Position numbers and translations under genes: made by a program. A stretch of DNA of 64,000 nt, from the NCBI GenBank assembly GCA_963780745.1, contig CAWACT010000003.1:528326-592325 (forward strand). The letters run 5' to 3'. Source of the stretch: an uncultured Actinomycetes bacterium. Lineage in GTDB: Bacteria > Actinomycetota > Acidimicrobiia > Spongiisociales > DATADW01. Of the stretch, positions 28,768 to 38,260 are shown piece by piece (the first letter of the stretch is position 1; the number at the start of each line of letters is the position of its first letter). A model generated the notes under the pieces. The model was not told where the DNA came from. It searched no databases and saw only the letters and a list, made by a program, of their open reading frames with translations.

Positions 28768-29822
28768 TCAGCCTCCTTTCACAAAGGGCGGCTTGACATA
28801 TCGCTGCCGGGTGCCACACCCCACGGACTTCGATCTCGACGGCCTCGCCCTCCGCCGGCGGCGACAGGAAAGCCAGCCCGATCCCACGGCCCAGCGTCGG
28901 GCTGAAGTTGCCGCTTGCCACCACCCCGCTTGCTTCCCCGGCACGCACCGGGTAGCCGTGCCGGGCTATGGCACGGTCCGCCATCTCGAACCCGGTCAAA
29001 GCGCGAGCTCAAACCCTCTCGTTGCTGCTTCTCCAACGCCTCCCGGCCGATGAAGTCGTGGTTCCACCCCACGACCCATCCCAAGTCGGCCTCGAGCGGG
29101 GTGGTGTCCGGATCGAGATCCTGTCCCCAGAGCGGGTACCCCATCTCGAGGCGAAGTGTGTCCCTGGCCCCCAAACCGCACGGGACGGCGCCACCGGCCA
29201 CCAGCGCCTGCCACAGCGCCGGAGCGTGTTCGCTGGCGACGGCGATCTCACCACCGCGCTCTCCGGTGTACCCGGTCCCGGCTGCCCAGCAGGTCCCCGA
29301 TGGACCTTTGGTCTCCACCAGGCGGAATCGTCCCGGCGCCGCCTCGAGGACGTCCGCCAGCAGGCCCGGTGCATCGGGGCCCTGGACCGCCAGCAGAGCA
29401 GTGCTCTCCCGCAACGGCTCGACAACGGTCCCCGCGGTCGCCTGGCTCCTCAGGAGCCCCACCACCTTGTCGTAGTTGGAGGCGTTGGGCAGGACCCAGG
29501 CGCGGTTCTCCGCCCAGCGCCACACGATCACATCGTCCTCGACCCCGCCGTGCTCGTTGAGGACCATCGAGTATTGCGCCCGGCCCGGGGCGACATCGGC
29601 GATGTCGTTGCAGAGCAGCCGGCGGAGCAACGGGGTGGTGTCGTCACCTTCGATCGACACCCGCCCCAGGTGGCTCACATCGAAGACCCCGACGCCTTGC
29701 CGCACCGCGTTGTGCTCGGCGAGCACCCCCTGGTACTGGAGCGGCATCTCCCAACCGCCGAAATCGGTGAAGCGCGCCCCGAGCGAGCTGTGCTCTTCGA
29801 ACAGGGGGGAGCGCGCCATCAC
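28768..29822 (-). CDS. gcvT: glycine cleavage system aminomethyltransferase T; two frameshifts (near 29000 and 28795)
   Basis: SPLFEEHSSLGARFTDFGGWEMPLQY, GVFDVSHLGR and GYTGERGGEI are in ORF 28779..29822. TGFEMADRAIARHGYPV...GRGIGLAF is in ORF 27887..28999. The terminal KPPFVKGG-stop is in the third frame. Confidence 0.85.
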
Positions 29823-29889
29823 AGGGAAAGAGGCGAGCCGGGCATCCGGGAGAGAATAGATGGCTCGGCAGGGTCCCGAGTTGGTTGGG

Positions 29890-30306
29890 TCAGCCGGCGG
29901 CTTCCTCCGCCTCGCCGAGACGGACCACCCGCGGCGGGCCAGGTAGCCGGGTCGGAGGAGGGACCGTCTCCATGTGGGCGGGCTCTTCGAGCCCGTACTT
30001 GATCACCAAATGGAGGTAGTCGCGCTGATAGAGCACGCGGCACCTCACATCGGGGTGGAGCTGGTGAAGGCGGCGCACCTTGGCGTTCTTCTTGGTCACC
30101 AGCTTCTGGTTCATCGTGGTGATCTCGATGTAGACGTCATCATCGGGCAGATAGAAGTCGGGGGTGAAGAACTGTGTCGGCTTCCCATGGCGGTCCCATC
30201 CGATGGGGAACGAGCGCGGCTCGTACTCCCAGGGAAGACCGTAGAAGTCGAGGAGCCTGGCGAACTGGCGTTCGCTGTTGTGGGCGAAGTTCACGAACTC
30301 AGCCAT
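29890..30306 (-). CDS. conserved hypothetical protein, possibly PD-(D/E)XK nuclease-like fold
   Basis: Intact 138-aa ORF. The motif spacing FTPDFYLP...DVYIEITT...K resembles restriction-endonuclease-like folds. This is a weak by-eye assignment. Confidence 0.5.
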   Translation of the reverse strand: MAEFVNFAHNSERQFARLLDFYGLPWEYEPRSFPIGWDRHGKPTQFFTPDFYLPDDDVYIEITTMNQKLVTKKNAKVRRLHQLHPDVRCRVLYQRDYLHLVIKYGLEEPAHMETVPPPTRLPGPPRVVRLGEAEEAAG

Positions 30307-30341
30307 CCCCCCCGGCTCCAGCTCCGGTTCAGGCGGCGTGG

Positions 30342-30911
30342 TCAGTGCGCCTCCGCTCTCCCCGTAGTCGACGGCGGGCTCTCGGGGAACAAGCGGTGCA
30401 GCTCACCCTCCAACTCCTGCTGCACCGGCCCGACGGCGATCCCGAACACACCCTGGCCCCGGCGGAAGACATCGACCACCTCTTCGGCGGAATGCGCCGC
30501 GTAGATGGTCTGGCCGTCGGAGAGGAGCGTGACATCCATGAGGGGCCGGTCGCTCGCCAGCGTCGATTGCAGGATCTGAACCGCTTGGCGGATCTTCTTG
30601 AGGCTCATCCCGGCATCGAGGAGGCGCTTGATCACCTTGAGTTGCACCACATCGGAGAAGCCATAGAGCCGTTGCGATCCCGAACCCCTCGCCTGTTGCA
30701 GCGACGGCTCGAGAAGACCGGTGCGTGCCCAATAGTCGAGCTGGCGGTACGTGATCCCCACCAGCTTGCAAACCTGGGGAGCCCTGTAGCCATGCTCCTC
30801 GGGGCCGGTTGCGGTGAGATCGGTGGGGCCGGCGGCAGCGGTGTCGAGGATCATGTCGCCCTTGGCCGTTCCCAGGTCGGGGTCACGCTGCTCAGCCTCC
30901 CGATGTGGCAA
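30342..30911 (-). CDS. MerR family transcriptional regulator
   Basis: HTH YRAPQVCKLVGITYRQLDYWARTGLL...SGSQRLYGFSDVVQLKVIKRLLDAGMSLKKI. Start uncertain (TTG at 30911 or ATG at 30854). Confidence 0.8.
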   Translation of the reverse strand: MPHREAEQRDPDLGTAKGDMILDTAAAGPTDLTATGPEEHGYRAPQVCKLVGITYRQLDYWARTGLLEPSLQQARGSGSQRLYGFSDVVQLKVIKRLLDAGMSLKKIRQAVQILQSTLASDRPLMDVTLLSDGQTIYAAHSAEEVVDVFRRGQGVFGIAVGPVQQELEGELHRLFPESPPSTTGRAEAH

Positions 30912-30936
30912 TCACATGCCCGTAATTTCAGGGTTC

Positions 30937-30966
30937 AACCTAGCGGGCGGTGTCGGAAGATGTCAA
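30937..30966 (-). promoter_or_regulatory. candidate housekeeping-sigma promoter of the MerR gene
   Basis: Minus strand reads TTGACA-N18-TAGGTT, about 25 nt upstream of the TTG at 30911. Confidence 0.4.
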
Positions 30967-31020
30967 CGGTCCCTGTGGAAAACTCGGTAGTGGGGAGAAC
31001 CGGCCGGGTAGCTGTCGGGC

Positions 31021-31528
31021 TCACTCCTCTGGGTCGAAGTCCTCGGGTCGCACGTCCTCGAGGAACTCGCGGAACCGCTCGATCTCCTCTTCCTCGTTCT
31101 CATCCTGGATCTCGATGCCGGCGTCCTCGAGAACCTCGGGCATGGCGAAGATCGGGGCGTCGGTCCGGGCGGCGAGTGCGATGGCGTCTGACGGCCGTGA
31201 TGAAACCCGTACCTGCTTCCCATCCTGGTCGAAGACCAGATCTGCGTAGAAAACTTGGTCACGTAGCTCGGTGACGACCACCCGGGACACCCGTGACCCG
31301 AGAGCCTCAGAGACGGTCTTGAGGAGGTCATGGGTCAGGGGGCGCTGCGGGACCATGTGCTCCAGGGCGAATGCGATGGCCGTTGCCTCGACCGCACCGA
31401 TCCAGATGGGCAGGTAACGGGTCCCCGAGCTCTCCACGCAGGAGCACGATCGGCTGGTTGCTGGGGAGTTCGACCCTCACCCCCACGAGCTCCATCGAGA
31501 TGCCGTCGTTGGGGTGGTCCCCGCTCAT
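31021..31528 (-). CDS. bifunctional nuclease family protein (DUF151-type); frameshift near 31430
   Basis: VELPSNQPIVLLR in ORF 31328..31528 and RYLPIWIGAVEATAIAFALE...VVVTELRDQVFYADLV...RPSDAIALAART in ORF 31021..31437. The ATG overlaps the hpt stop (ATGA). Confidence 0.75.
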
Positions 31529-32115
31529 TCGGGCAGGTTATCACCGGGTGGTCTGAACAGCCGCGAGGCGAACCGTTGCGGCTCGAACTGGAAGGTCACG
31601 AGATCGAGTACCGCCCACACCGACCTCAAGTTGCGGAAGCGGCCCTCCCAGTCGAGCCCGTACCCGAGGAGGAACTCGTCGCCCACCTCGAACCCGCGGT
31701 ACTCGAGCGGCACCTCGACGATGCGCCGCACTGCCTTGTCGAACAGGGTCACTGTGGCCAGCGAGGCCACATCGCGGGCGGCGATGAGCCGACGCAGCAC
31801 GGTCAGAGAGAGCCCGGTGTCAACAACGTCCTCGACAAGGAGGACATGGCGTCCCTCGAGAGAGGTCTCGGTATCCATGGCGATCCGCACCCGGCCACCC
31901 TCGCCAAACCGGGTGAGCGCCAGGAAGTCCACCTCGAGCTCGATGTCCATCGACCTGATCAGGTCGGCCACGAAGGGGAGCGCCCCTTGGAGCACAGCGA
32001 CGAGAACAGGGCTGCGGTCGGCGTAGTCGACGGCGAGCTGCGACCCGAGCTCTGCGATCCTGGAGCGAGCCACCGACTCCGGGATCACCTCGACCAGGGT
32101 GTCGTCAGTCGTCAC
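31525..32115 (-). CDS. hpt: hypoxanthine phosphoribosyltransferase
   Basis: PRPP-binding motif HVLLVEDVVDTGLSL; LVAVLQGALPFVADL; FLLGYGLDW. GTG at 32115 overlaps the upstream gene end. Confidence 0.85.
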   Translation of the reverse strand: MTTDDTLVEVIPESVARSRIAELGSQLAVDYADRSPVLVAVLQGALPFVADLIRSMDIELEVDFLALTRFGEGGRVRIAMDTETSLEGRHVLLVEDVVDTGLSLTVLRRLIAARDVASLATVTLFDKAVRRIVEVPLEYRGFEVGDEFLLGYGLDWEGRFRNLRSVWAVLDLVTFQFEPQRFASRLFRPPGDNLPE

Positions 32116-33145
32116 CGAAGAGGCGTCCCAGCCATCCCAGCGAGTCGAGCAGAGTAGGCAGGGCATCAGGGACCGGCGGCGGGGACGGCGTGTCGGTCGG
32201 GGCAGTTGACGTGGTTGGGGACGGGACCGTGGTGGCGACGGTGGTAGGAGCAGAGCCCCGGTTCTCGCCGGCTCCCCTGCGTCGTGGCGGGTCGAAGGCG
32301 TCGAACCCGTACTCGAGCAACGTCGCTGCATCAGCGAAATGGTCGGCCGACCCCATCACCACCGTATAGAGCCGACGACCGTTTCGCTCCGCTCCCGCTA
32401 CCAAAACCAGCCCTGCTGCCGGGGTGTCACCCGTCTTGAGACCGAATGCCCCGGGGACCTGTGACAACAGCTTGTTGGTCCCGGTCACCACCCGCAACGG
32501 CGAGCCGGGGAGCACCGCCGATTTGAGCCGCATCATCCTGGCGAGCTCGGGGTGGTCCATGACCGCCCTCCCGATATCGACCAGATCCTCGGCTGACGAG
32601 TAGTGGTCTTCGGCGTCGAGCCCGCTCGGGTTGACGAAGTGGGTGTTCTCCAATCCAAGGCGATCCGCCTTGCGGTTCATCAGAGCAACGAAGCGGTTCA
32701 CCGACCCGGCGACATGGATGGCAAGAAGATCGGCGAGGTCGTTCCCCGACTTCACCATCAGGCCGGTCAGCATCTCCTCGACGGTCCAGCGCTCGTCCCG
32801 CCCGACGCCGATCATCTGCCCGCCGATCGGGATGTAGTCGGCCGGCACCTCGACGATCTCGTCCATGTCGGCCCGCTCGGCGACGACCAGCGCGGTCATC
32901 AGCTTGGTGGTCGATGCCATCCTCCGCGCCACGTCGGGCTCATCGGCGGCCAGCACCACACCGTTGGTGTCGTCCCACAACATCCAGGTAGCCGAGTCGA
33001 CAGACGGTGGGCGCGGGGCGTTACGCACCCATGCCGGTGCTCGGTTGGACTCGCCGCTCCCCTCCTGTTGGGCGAGCGCGCCAACCGGGGCCAGGACCGA
33101 CAGGGCGGCGATGAGGGCTGCGAGGAGGCCGGCGAGGAGATGCAT
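32105..33145 (-). CDS. D-alanyl-D-alanine carboxypeptidase (serine peptidase S11 / low-MW PBP)
   Basis: Signal MHLLAGLLAALIAALSVLAPVGALA. Motifs STTK, SGN and KTG in the correct order. Pro/Thr-rich C-terminal tail. Confidence 0.8.
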   Translation of the reverse strand: MHLLAGLLAALIAALSVLAPVGALAQQEGSGESNRAPAWVRNAPRPPSVDSATWMLWDDTNGVVLAADEPDVARRMASTTKLMTALVVAERADMDEIVEVPADYIPIGGQMIGVGRDERWTVEEMLTGLMVKSGNDLADLLAIHVAGSVNRFVALMNRKADRLGLENTHFVNPSGLDAEDHYSSAEDLVDIGRAVMDHPELARMMRLKSAVLPGSPLRVVTGTNKLLSQVPGAFGLKTGDTPAAGLVLVAGAERNGRRLYTVVMGSADHFADAATLLEYGFDAFDPPRRRGAGENRGSAPTTVATTVPSPTTSTAPTDTPSPPPVPDALPTLLDSLGWLGRLFGDD

Positions 33146-33819
33146 CAACGATGAAGGATGGCTTGCGCCTCGATATCGAGCAAAGCGGCTTGGAGGCGCT
33201 GCAGGGCGTCCACCACCTCGCTCATGGTCTCGGTGAGGCGCCTTCGGCCCTCGGGGCTGTGGTTTCGCAGCAGCGGGGCGACCAGTTGCTCGAGCACATC
33301 GACGGCGCGATCGGTGCCTATGCCCACCGAGCGGAGATGGCGCGCCTCGAGACCCTGGGCGAACAGCCGCTCCGCCTGCACCGCCACATCGACCGCCTCC
33401 TCGGCGACCTGGCCTTCCTCGTCGGGGTCGAGCAGGCCATGATCGACCAGCTGTCCGAGTTGGTCCAGGGACAAGTCCGGAGCGTCGTGCCAGCTCCTCG
33501 AACCCGATCCGGATCGGCCGCTCGCCGTCTGCCGACTGCCGTCGGCCTGGTCCGGACCCTCGCGGTCCTCGCCCCGCTCCCACATGGTCAGCTTCGCCTT
33601 GATCACCTTCAGCGGGAGGTACTGGTCACGCTGCAGCTCGAGGATGTAGCGGAGCCTCTCCAGGTCCTCCTGGTGGTACTGGCGGTAGCCCGAGGCGCTC
33701 CGGGTGGGACGGAGCAGCCCTTGGCTCTCGAGGAACCTCACCTTGGACACCGAGATCTCGGGGAACTCCTCCTGGAGGAGGTTGATTGCCTCGCCGATGG
33801 TGAGCGCGCCGTCACTCAT
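33145..33819 (-). CDS. MerR family transcriptional regulator (second copy)
   Basis: LTIGEAINLLQEEFPEISVSKVRFLESQGLLRPTRSASGYRQYHQEDLERLRYILELQ. Confidence 0.8.
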   Translation of the reverse strand: MSDGALTIGEAINLLQEEFPEISVSKVRFLESQGLLRPTRSASGYRQYHQEDLERLRYILELQRDQYLPLKVIKAKLTMWERGEDREGPDQADGSRQTASGRSGSGSRSWHDAPDLSLDQLGQLVDHGLLDPDEEGQVAEEAVDVAVQAERLFAQGLEARHLRSVGIGTDRAVDVLEQLVAPLLRNHSPEGRRRLTETMSEVVDALQRLQAALLDIEAQAILHR

Positions 33820-34269
33820 CGCCCAACGCCACCAGCATGTGGAATCGCCCGATGATCACCTCATCACCCGGTTTGAGGGGGGCCCTGTCGACCCGGTCGC
33901 CGTTTACGTATGTGCCGTTGGTAGAGCCCAGGTCCTCAACCACTATTCCCTGCGTCTTCGACCGTGAACCGGCAATGGTCCCGGGATACGGTGACGTCGT
34001 CGAGGAAGATGTCGCGAGTCGGGCGCCCGGCCGGCGCTGGCCGTCCCCAACGGCAGCACCCAGGTCTGCCCGGCACGAGGGCCGCGCTCCGCCACCAAGG
34101 CGAACCCGCTGAACCCGGAGAGATGCGCCGCTTCGTCGGGGGTGAGCGGGGGCGCCGAGGGGTCCATCGGGACGTACGTGATGGTGGGCTCGCTGTCCAC
34201 GCTCGTGCCGCAACTCGGGCACACCGTGGCGCCTGGCGGCAACTGGGCGCGACAGTGGGGGCATTGCAT
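33812..34269 (-). CDS. FHA-domain protein with N-terminal zinc-ribbon; two frameshifts (near 34030 and 33955)
   Basis: MQCPHCRAQLPPGATVCPSCG; then GQTWVLPLGTASAGRAPDS / DIFLDDVTVSRDHCRFTVEDA / IVVEDLGSTNGTYVNGDRV, read across three frames. Confidence 0.75.
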
Positions 34270-34403
34270 GGCGCCATCGTAGTGAGGGGGTGGTCGGCCA
34301 CCTGGGAGCGGTCCGTCACAATGCGCCCCGTTCAACTACCGTTTTCAGGATGGGCCGGCGATGACACGACGGATCCCAAACCCACGAGCGGCGTGGGCTG
34401 CTG

Positions 34404-34886
34404 ATGCTGGCCATGGCCGCCATCGGCATCACCCTCGGGGTGATGGGTCTCTCTGCGGCCGTGCTCCCCCAGCCCCAGGATGTCGACGGGATCGTGATTC
34501 AGGGGTCGGTGGCCAAGCTCGTGGTCCGCGGAGACATCGACGGTGTGCTGGTGCTGCGCGATGCCGGGCTCAACAGCTTCGACCGCAACTCGCGTGAGTT
34601 CGAGTTGCTTTTCAACAGCGGCTACCGCCAGCGGGTCCGGCTCGCCGGTGTGGCGCCGGACGGCGCAGCTGCAGTCACCACGGGTGACGGAATGCAGGCC
34701 CAGTTCGCCATCTTCGAGCGGGATTTCCTCTCGTTCGAAGGCGAGTGCACCGTCGACTTCACGCGGGCCGACTTCGCCTGGCTCACCGGACGGGTTCGCT
34801 GCCCCGAGCTCCACTCGCTGCGAGGCGACGACGTCATCGTGCTCGATGCCGCCTTCCACAGCCCGATCTCGGAAGGGACGGGATAA
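34404..34886 (+). CDS. hypothetical membrane-anchored protein (GECTV motif family, see 47821..48507)
   Basis: N-terminal TM MLAMAAIGITLGVMGLSAAVL. The start could lie upstream at ATG 34361 if a frameshift is assumed. Confidence 0.5.
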   Translation: MLAMAAIGITLGVMGLSAAVLPQPQDVDGIVIQGSVAKLVVRGDIDGVLVLRDAGLNSFDRNSREFELLFNSGYRQRVRLAGVAPDGAAAVTTGDGMQAQFAIFERDFLSFEGECTVDFTRADFAWLTGRVRCPELHSLRGDDVIVLDAAFHSPISEGTG

Positions 34887-34893
34887 GGGGATC

Positions 34894-34921
34894 AGTACTT
34901 AGTACTTAGTACTTAGTACTC
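34894..34921. repeat. heptanucleotide tandem repeat AGTACTT x3 + AGTACTC (each unit contains the palindrome AGTACT)
   Basis: Read directly. It starts 7 nt after the stop at 34886 and overlaps the last codons (S-T-K-Y-stop) of the convergent permease gene. Confidence 0.95.
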
Positions 34922-35881
34922 AGACCACCCAGCTCCGCCACCTCGAAGGCGTCGCCGAACCGGGCTCGCGCAGCCAGTAGCTCTGGATCCACCGCTTCGC
35001 GTAGTCCGACACTGATCAGGTAGAAGGCACCGCAGAGCATGGTGATCCCGAGACCACCGGCGAGCAGTGCGTTCCAGGCATAGTCCCGGGGCACGAGACC
35101 CGGCGAAGGGAGCCCGCTGTAGATGAGGCTCCCGTAGCCGAACCAGTCACCACCGGCACCGGTGAACTCGAGGAACCCAAATGTGATCACGGCACCGGTG
35201 ACCGCAGCCATCATCTGCACTGCTGTCATGGGGAGCAGGTGGGGCAGCAGGTGGACGCGGATGAGCCACCATCCCGACCCTCCGGCAGTGCGGGCCGCTT
35301 CCATGAACGGCTTCGCCATGACGACGAGCGCCTGCGATCGCAGCACCAGTGCCGCGGTGCTCAGCCCGAAGAGCAACCCGTACAGCGCACCGAGGATCGG
35401 CGGCTGCAACCAGGGTGCGCTCACCCCGATGATGAACAGCGCTATCGGCGGAGGAAGGAGCACCAAGGCGTCGGCCAGGTGGGTGAGCGCTCCATCGATC
35501 GGACCCCTCCGGTAGGCAGAGATCGCCGCAAAGGCGGTGGAGACGATCCCGGCCACCAAAGCCGCGGAGAGGGCCACCTGAAGGGTCGGCCAAGTGGAGT
35601 GGGAGAACATGCTGAACACGTCGCGCCCGTAGCTGTCGGTGCCGAGAAGGTGGCGGACCGAGATCCCTGCGGGGTGGGTCACGGTCGAGTCCCACCCCGA
35701 TACAGGCTGATAGACCAGCCATTGCCCTCTCCACAGCGTGTGCGCCAGGATGGGCCGCGACACCGCCAGCACCAGGAACCCGGCGAGCATCGCCAGCCCG
35801 ATTCGAATCTTGGTATTGAGCGGCACCCGCGGCCGGGGGACGCTGCTGCACTGCCGCTTCCGGGGCAGCCACCGCGGTCAT
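34906..35881 (-). CDS. ABC transporter permease, Opp/Dpp C-type (orphan pair); frameshift in the G5/C5 run at 35835-35839
   Basis: Binding-protein-dependent transport signature region (MEAARTAGGSGWWLIRVHLLPHLLP). The ATG at 35881 overlaps the upstream stop (ATGA) and joins the ORF after removing one C. GTG at 35826 is an alternative. Confidence 0.75.
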
Positions 35882-37061
35882 GCCATCGCCGCCGTTCGCA
35901 CCCGGGGATCGAGCACCGCCACCAGGATGTCCATGATCAGCCGCAGCACCAGCCCGATGATCCCAACCACCATCACCACGCCGAGCACCACCGGTGTGTC
36001 GGCGGTTCCCACCGCTTCGAAGAAGGTCTGGGAGAGGCCCCCTACTTCGAGTTGTTGCTCGATGATGATGAGGGCGGTGAGGATGTACGGGATACCTACG
36101 AACAACCTGGTCAGTACCGGGAGCATGGCGTTGCGCGCCACGTGGCGGTCTCGCACCACCCGCCCCGGCAGGCCCTTGGCGAATGCTGTCTTGACGTAGT
36201 CCTCAGAGCCTCCTCGGCCATCCCGGTGCGCATCAGGATCGCCACCTCGCCGAACCCGAGGATGATGAAGGCGATCATGGCGAGGAAGGGGCTGCCGCGC
36301 CCGACGTTCACCCCGGCGGTGCCCCGGAACATGAGGTCGAGAGCCTCGGTCCCGGCGCCGGTGAGCCCCACGCCGATCAGCGCCGCGGTCACGGTCACCG
36401 GTAGGGCCAGCGCCGCCAGCAGCCGGAGGTCCCACCGTCGGGCGTAGGCGCGGAGGGCGAAGGCGGCGATCACCGCCCCGAGCACGGAGACCGCCACCAG
36501 CGTGAGCACCTGGAGTTGGGTGAGGTAGGTGCTGCGCCATACCTCAAGGCTGTCGGAGGGGAGCCCGAGAGCGAAACGCAGCTCGTAAAACGGCATGGTG
36601 AGGAAGTAGGTCATCACGAACACGAGCAGCGGTGGAAACATGGTCGAGAGGAGAACGCTGGCCGTGGTGGTGGCGGAGCCGACGGCACGGTTGCGATGCC
36701 AGGCAGCGACCCTCCCCAGCCACTCCCCCAGGACATAGGCGAGGATCCCGCCCACAGCGAACACAAGGAGGGTGAACGGGAGCGAGCGCCCGATGATCGC
36801 CGCGACCGGCTCACCGGTGTACGACATCCCCAGGTCGCCCTGAGCCAGCCCCAATACATAGAGCCCGACCCTGGCCAGCAGCGGTCGGTCCAGCCCGAGC
36901 GATTCCCGCATGGCGTAGTAGTCGTCGCCCCGACCGCCGAAAGCGAACTGGGTCGAGAAATCGAAGGGCAGCAGCAGCTGCAACCCGACGAAGACGACAG
37001 CGACAAAGATGAGCAGAGTGACCACCGCCCACCCCAGCCTGCGGAGGAGGTAGACGGTCAT
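35878..37061 (-). CDS. ABC transporter permease, Opp/Dpp B-type (orphan pair); frameshift near 36205
   Basis: MTVYLLRRLGWAVVTLLIFVAVVF in ORF 36111..37061. DYVKTAFAKGLPGRVVRDRHVARNAMLPVLT...LDPRVR in ORF 35878..36540. Confidence 0.8.
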
Positions 37062-37076
37062 GTTCCCCGGATGCGC

Positions 37077-37460
37077 TCAGTCATTCTCGGTGTGGGCCCG
37101 GTATGTCTCCGGCTCGAGCAGCCCCTCGTACTCGCCATCGTCGGTCGGCTCGAGGTCGACGAACCAGCCCTCGTCGTATGGGCTCTGGTTCACCAGTTCG
37201 GGGTGCTCCGCCAACTCCGCGTTCACCGCGGCCACGGTCCCGCTCAGCGGGGCGTATACCTCGGCCACCGACTTGGTCGATTCGACCTCGGCCAGGGTGT
37301 CTCCCTTGGTGACCGATCGGCCCTGCTCGGGGAGATCGACGAAGACGATGTCGCCCAGGGCGTCCTGGGCGTAGTCGGTTATTCCGACCCGGACCAGCCC
37401 GTTGGCGCGGTGCGCCCACTCGTGGTCTTCGGTGAACCGACGATCGTCGGGGACGTGCAT
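37077..37460 (-). CDS. gcvH: glycine cleavage system H protein
   Basis: RFTEDHEWA, GITDYAQDALGDIVFVDLP, and the lipoyl-lysine region LAEVESTKSVAEVYAP. Confidence 0.9.
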   Translation of the reverse strand: MHVPDDRRFTEDHEWAHRANGLVRVGITDYAQDALGDIVFVDLPEQGRSVTKGDTLAEVESTKSVAEVYAPLSGTVAAVNAELAEHPELVNQSPYDEGWFVDLEPTDDGEYEGLLEPETYRAHTEND

Positions 37461-37511
37461 CCGAGCGGCCTCCAATCTCGCTGGCGCACCGCAGGATACT
37501 GATGGTCGGCT

Positions 37512-38190
37512 CTACCGCGGCGAGCGGAGCCGGGCCCCGATCTCTCTCAGGTACTGGAACGCCACGATGTAGTAGAGCACGATCCCGATCACGCAGGTGA
37601 TCCACGCACCCACCTCGAAGAACGTGCGGAGTCCGCCGGGAACGATTCGACCGCAGCCAAGATAGAACGACGGGATGCCGCCGTAGAGCAGGAAGGTGGC
37701 CCATTTCCCCATGGGCCTCACCGCGACCCGCTCCCCGCGGCGCACGGTGAGCACCACCGTGGCCACCGCCATGACCAACTCCCGCAAGCACCAGCGCCGC
37801 GGCCAGCACCGGCGGTACCACGCCAACCATCCAGCCACCCACCACTGCGGCGAACACGGCGAGCCGGTCGGCCACCGGGTCGAGCGCCTTCCCCAGCTCG
37901 GAGACCTGACCCAGCCGCCGAGCCAGCCAACCATCGACCCAATCGGTCACCCCGATCACGAAGAGCAGCACCGCCGCCCACAGGAAGTTCTCTTCCCACA
38001 CGAGGAGCCAGACGAAAAACGGGACGGCAAGGAGTCGGAGGAAGGAGATGACGTTGGGGATGGTGAGGATGGCATGAGTCGAGCGGTATGGGTCATGGAG
38101 TACGGTAGAGTCATGGGTAGGCTGGGTAATGCGACGATCAGCCGCGGAGTCCCAGTGTCGTTCCGAGTTAAGTCGAGCGACATGCGGCAA
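37512..38190 (-). CDS. CDP-alcohol phosphatidyltransferase (PgsA-like); frameshift near 37775; start uncertain
   Basis: Signature DWVDGWLARRLGQVSELGKALDPVADR. The only in-frame start I see is TTG at 38190. The C-terminal TM part is in ORF 37512..37934. Confidence 0.7.
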
Positions 38191-38216
38191 GGCGCTGGTA
38201 TCAAGTGAGACGAACT

Positions 38217-38251
38217 GGTACTGGGTTCGACCCGACCCATCACCCAGTACC
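38217..38251 (-). terminator. stem-loop (10-bp perfect stem GGTACTGGGT / ACCCAGTACC, 15-nt loop) after the last ABC ATPase gene
   Basis: Read directly; there is no clear U-tract. Confidence 0.35.
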
Positions 38252-38260
38252 CTACTGGCT

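Noticed and set aside
29823-29889. Glycine riboswitch upstream of gcvT
   Set aside because: The gap is only 67 nt, too short for even a single aptamer plus expression platform. I could not find the conserved glycine-aptamer core sequences on the minus strand.
38041-38140. Locally lower-GC stretch with repeated GTCATGG-like words upstream of the pgsA-like core
   Set aside because: There is no clear periodicity or palindrome. It is most simply the poorly conserved 5' end or leader of the pgsA-like gene, whose start I could not fix.
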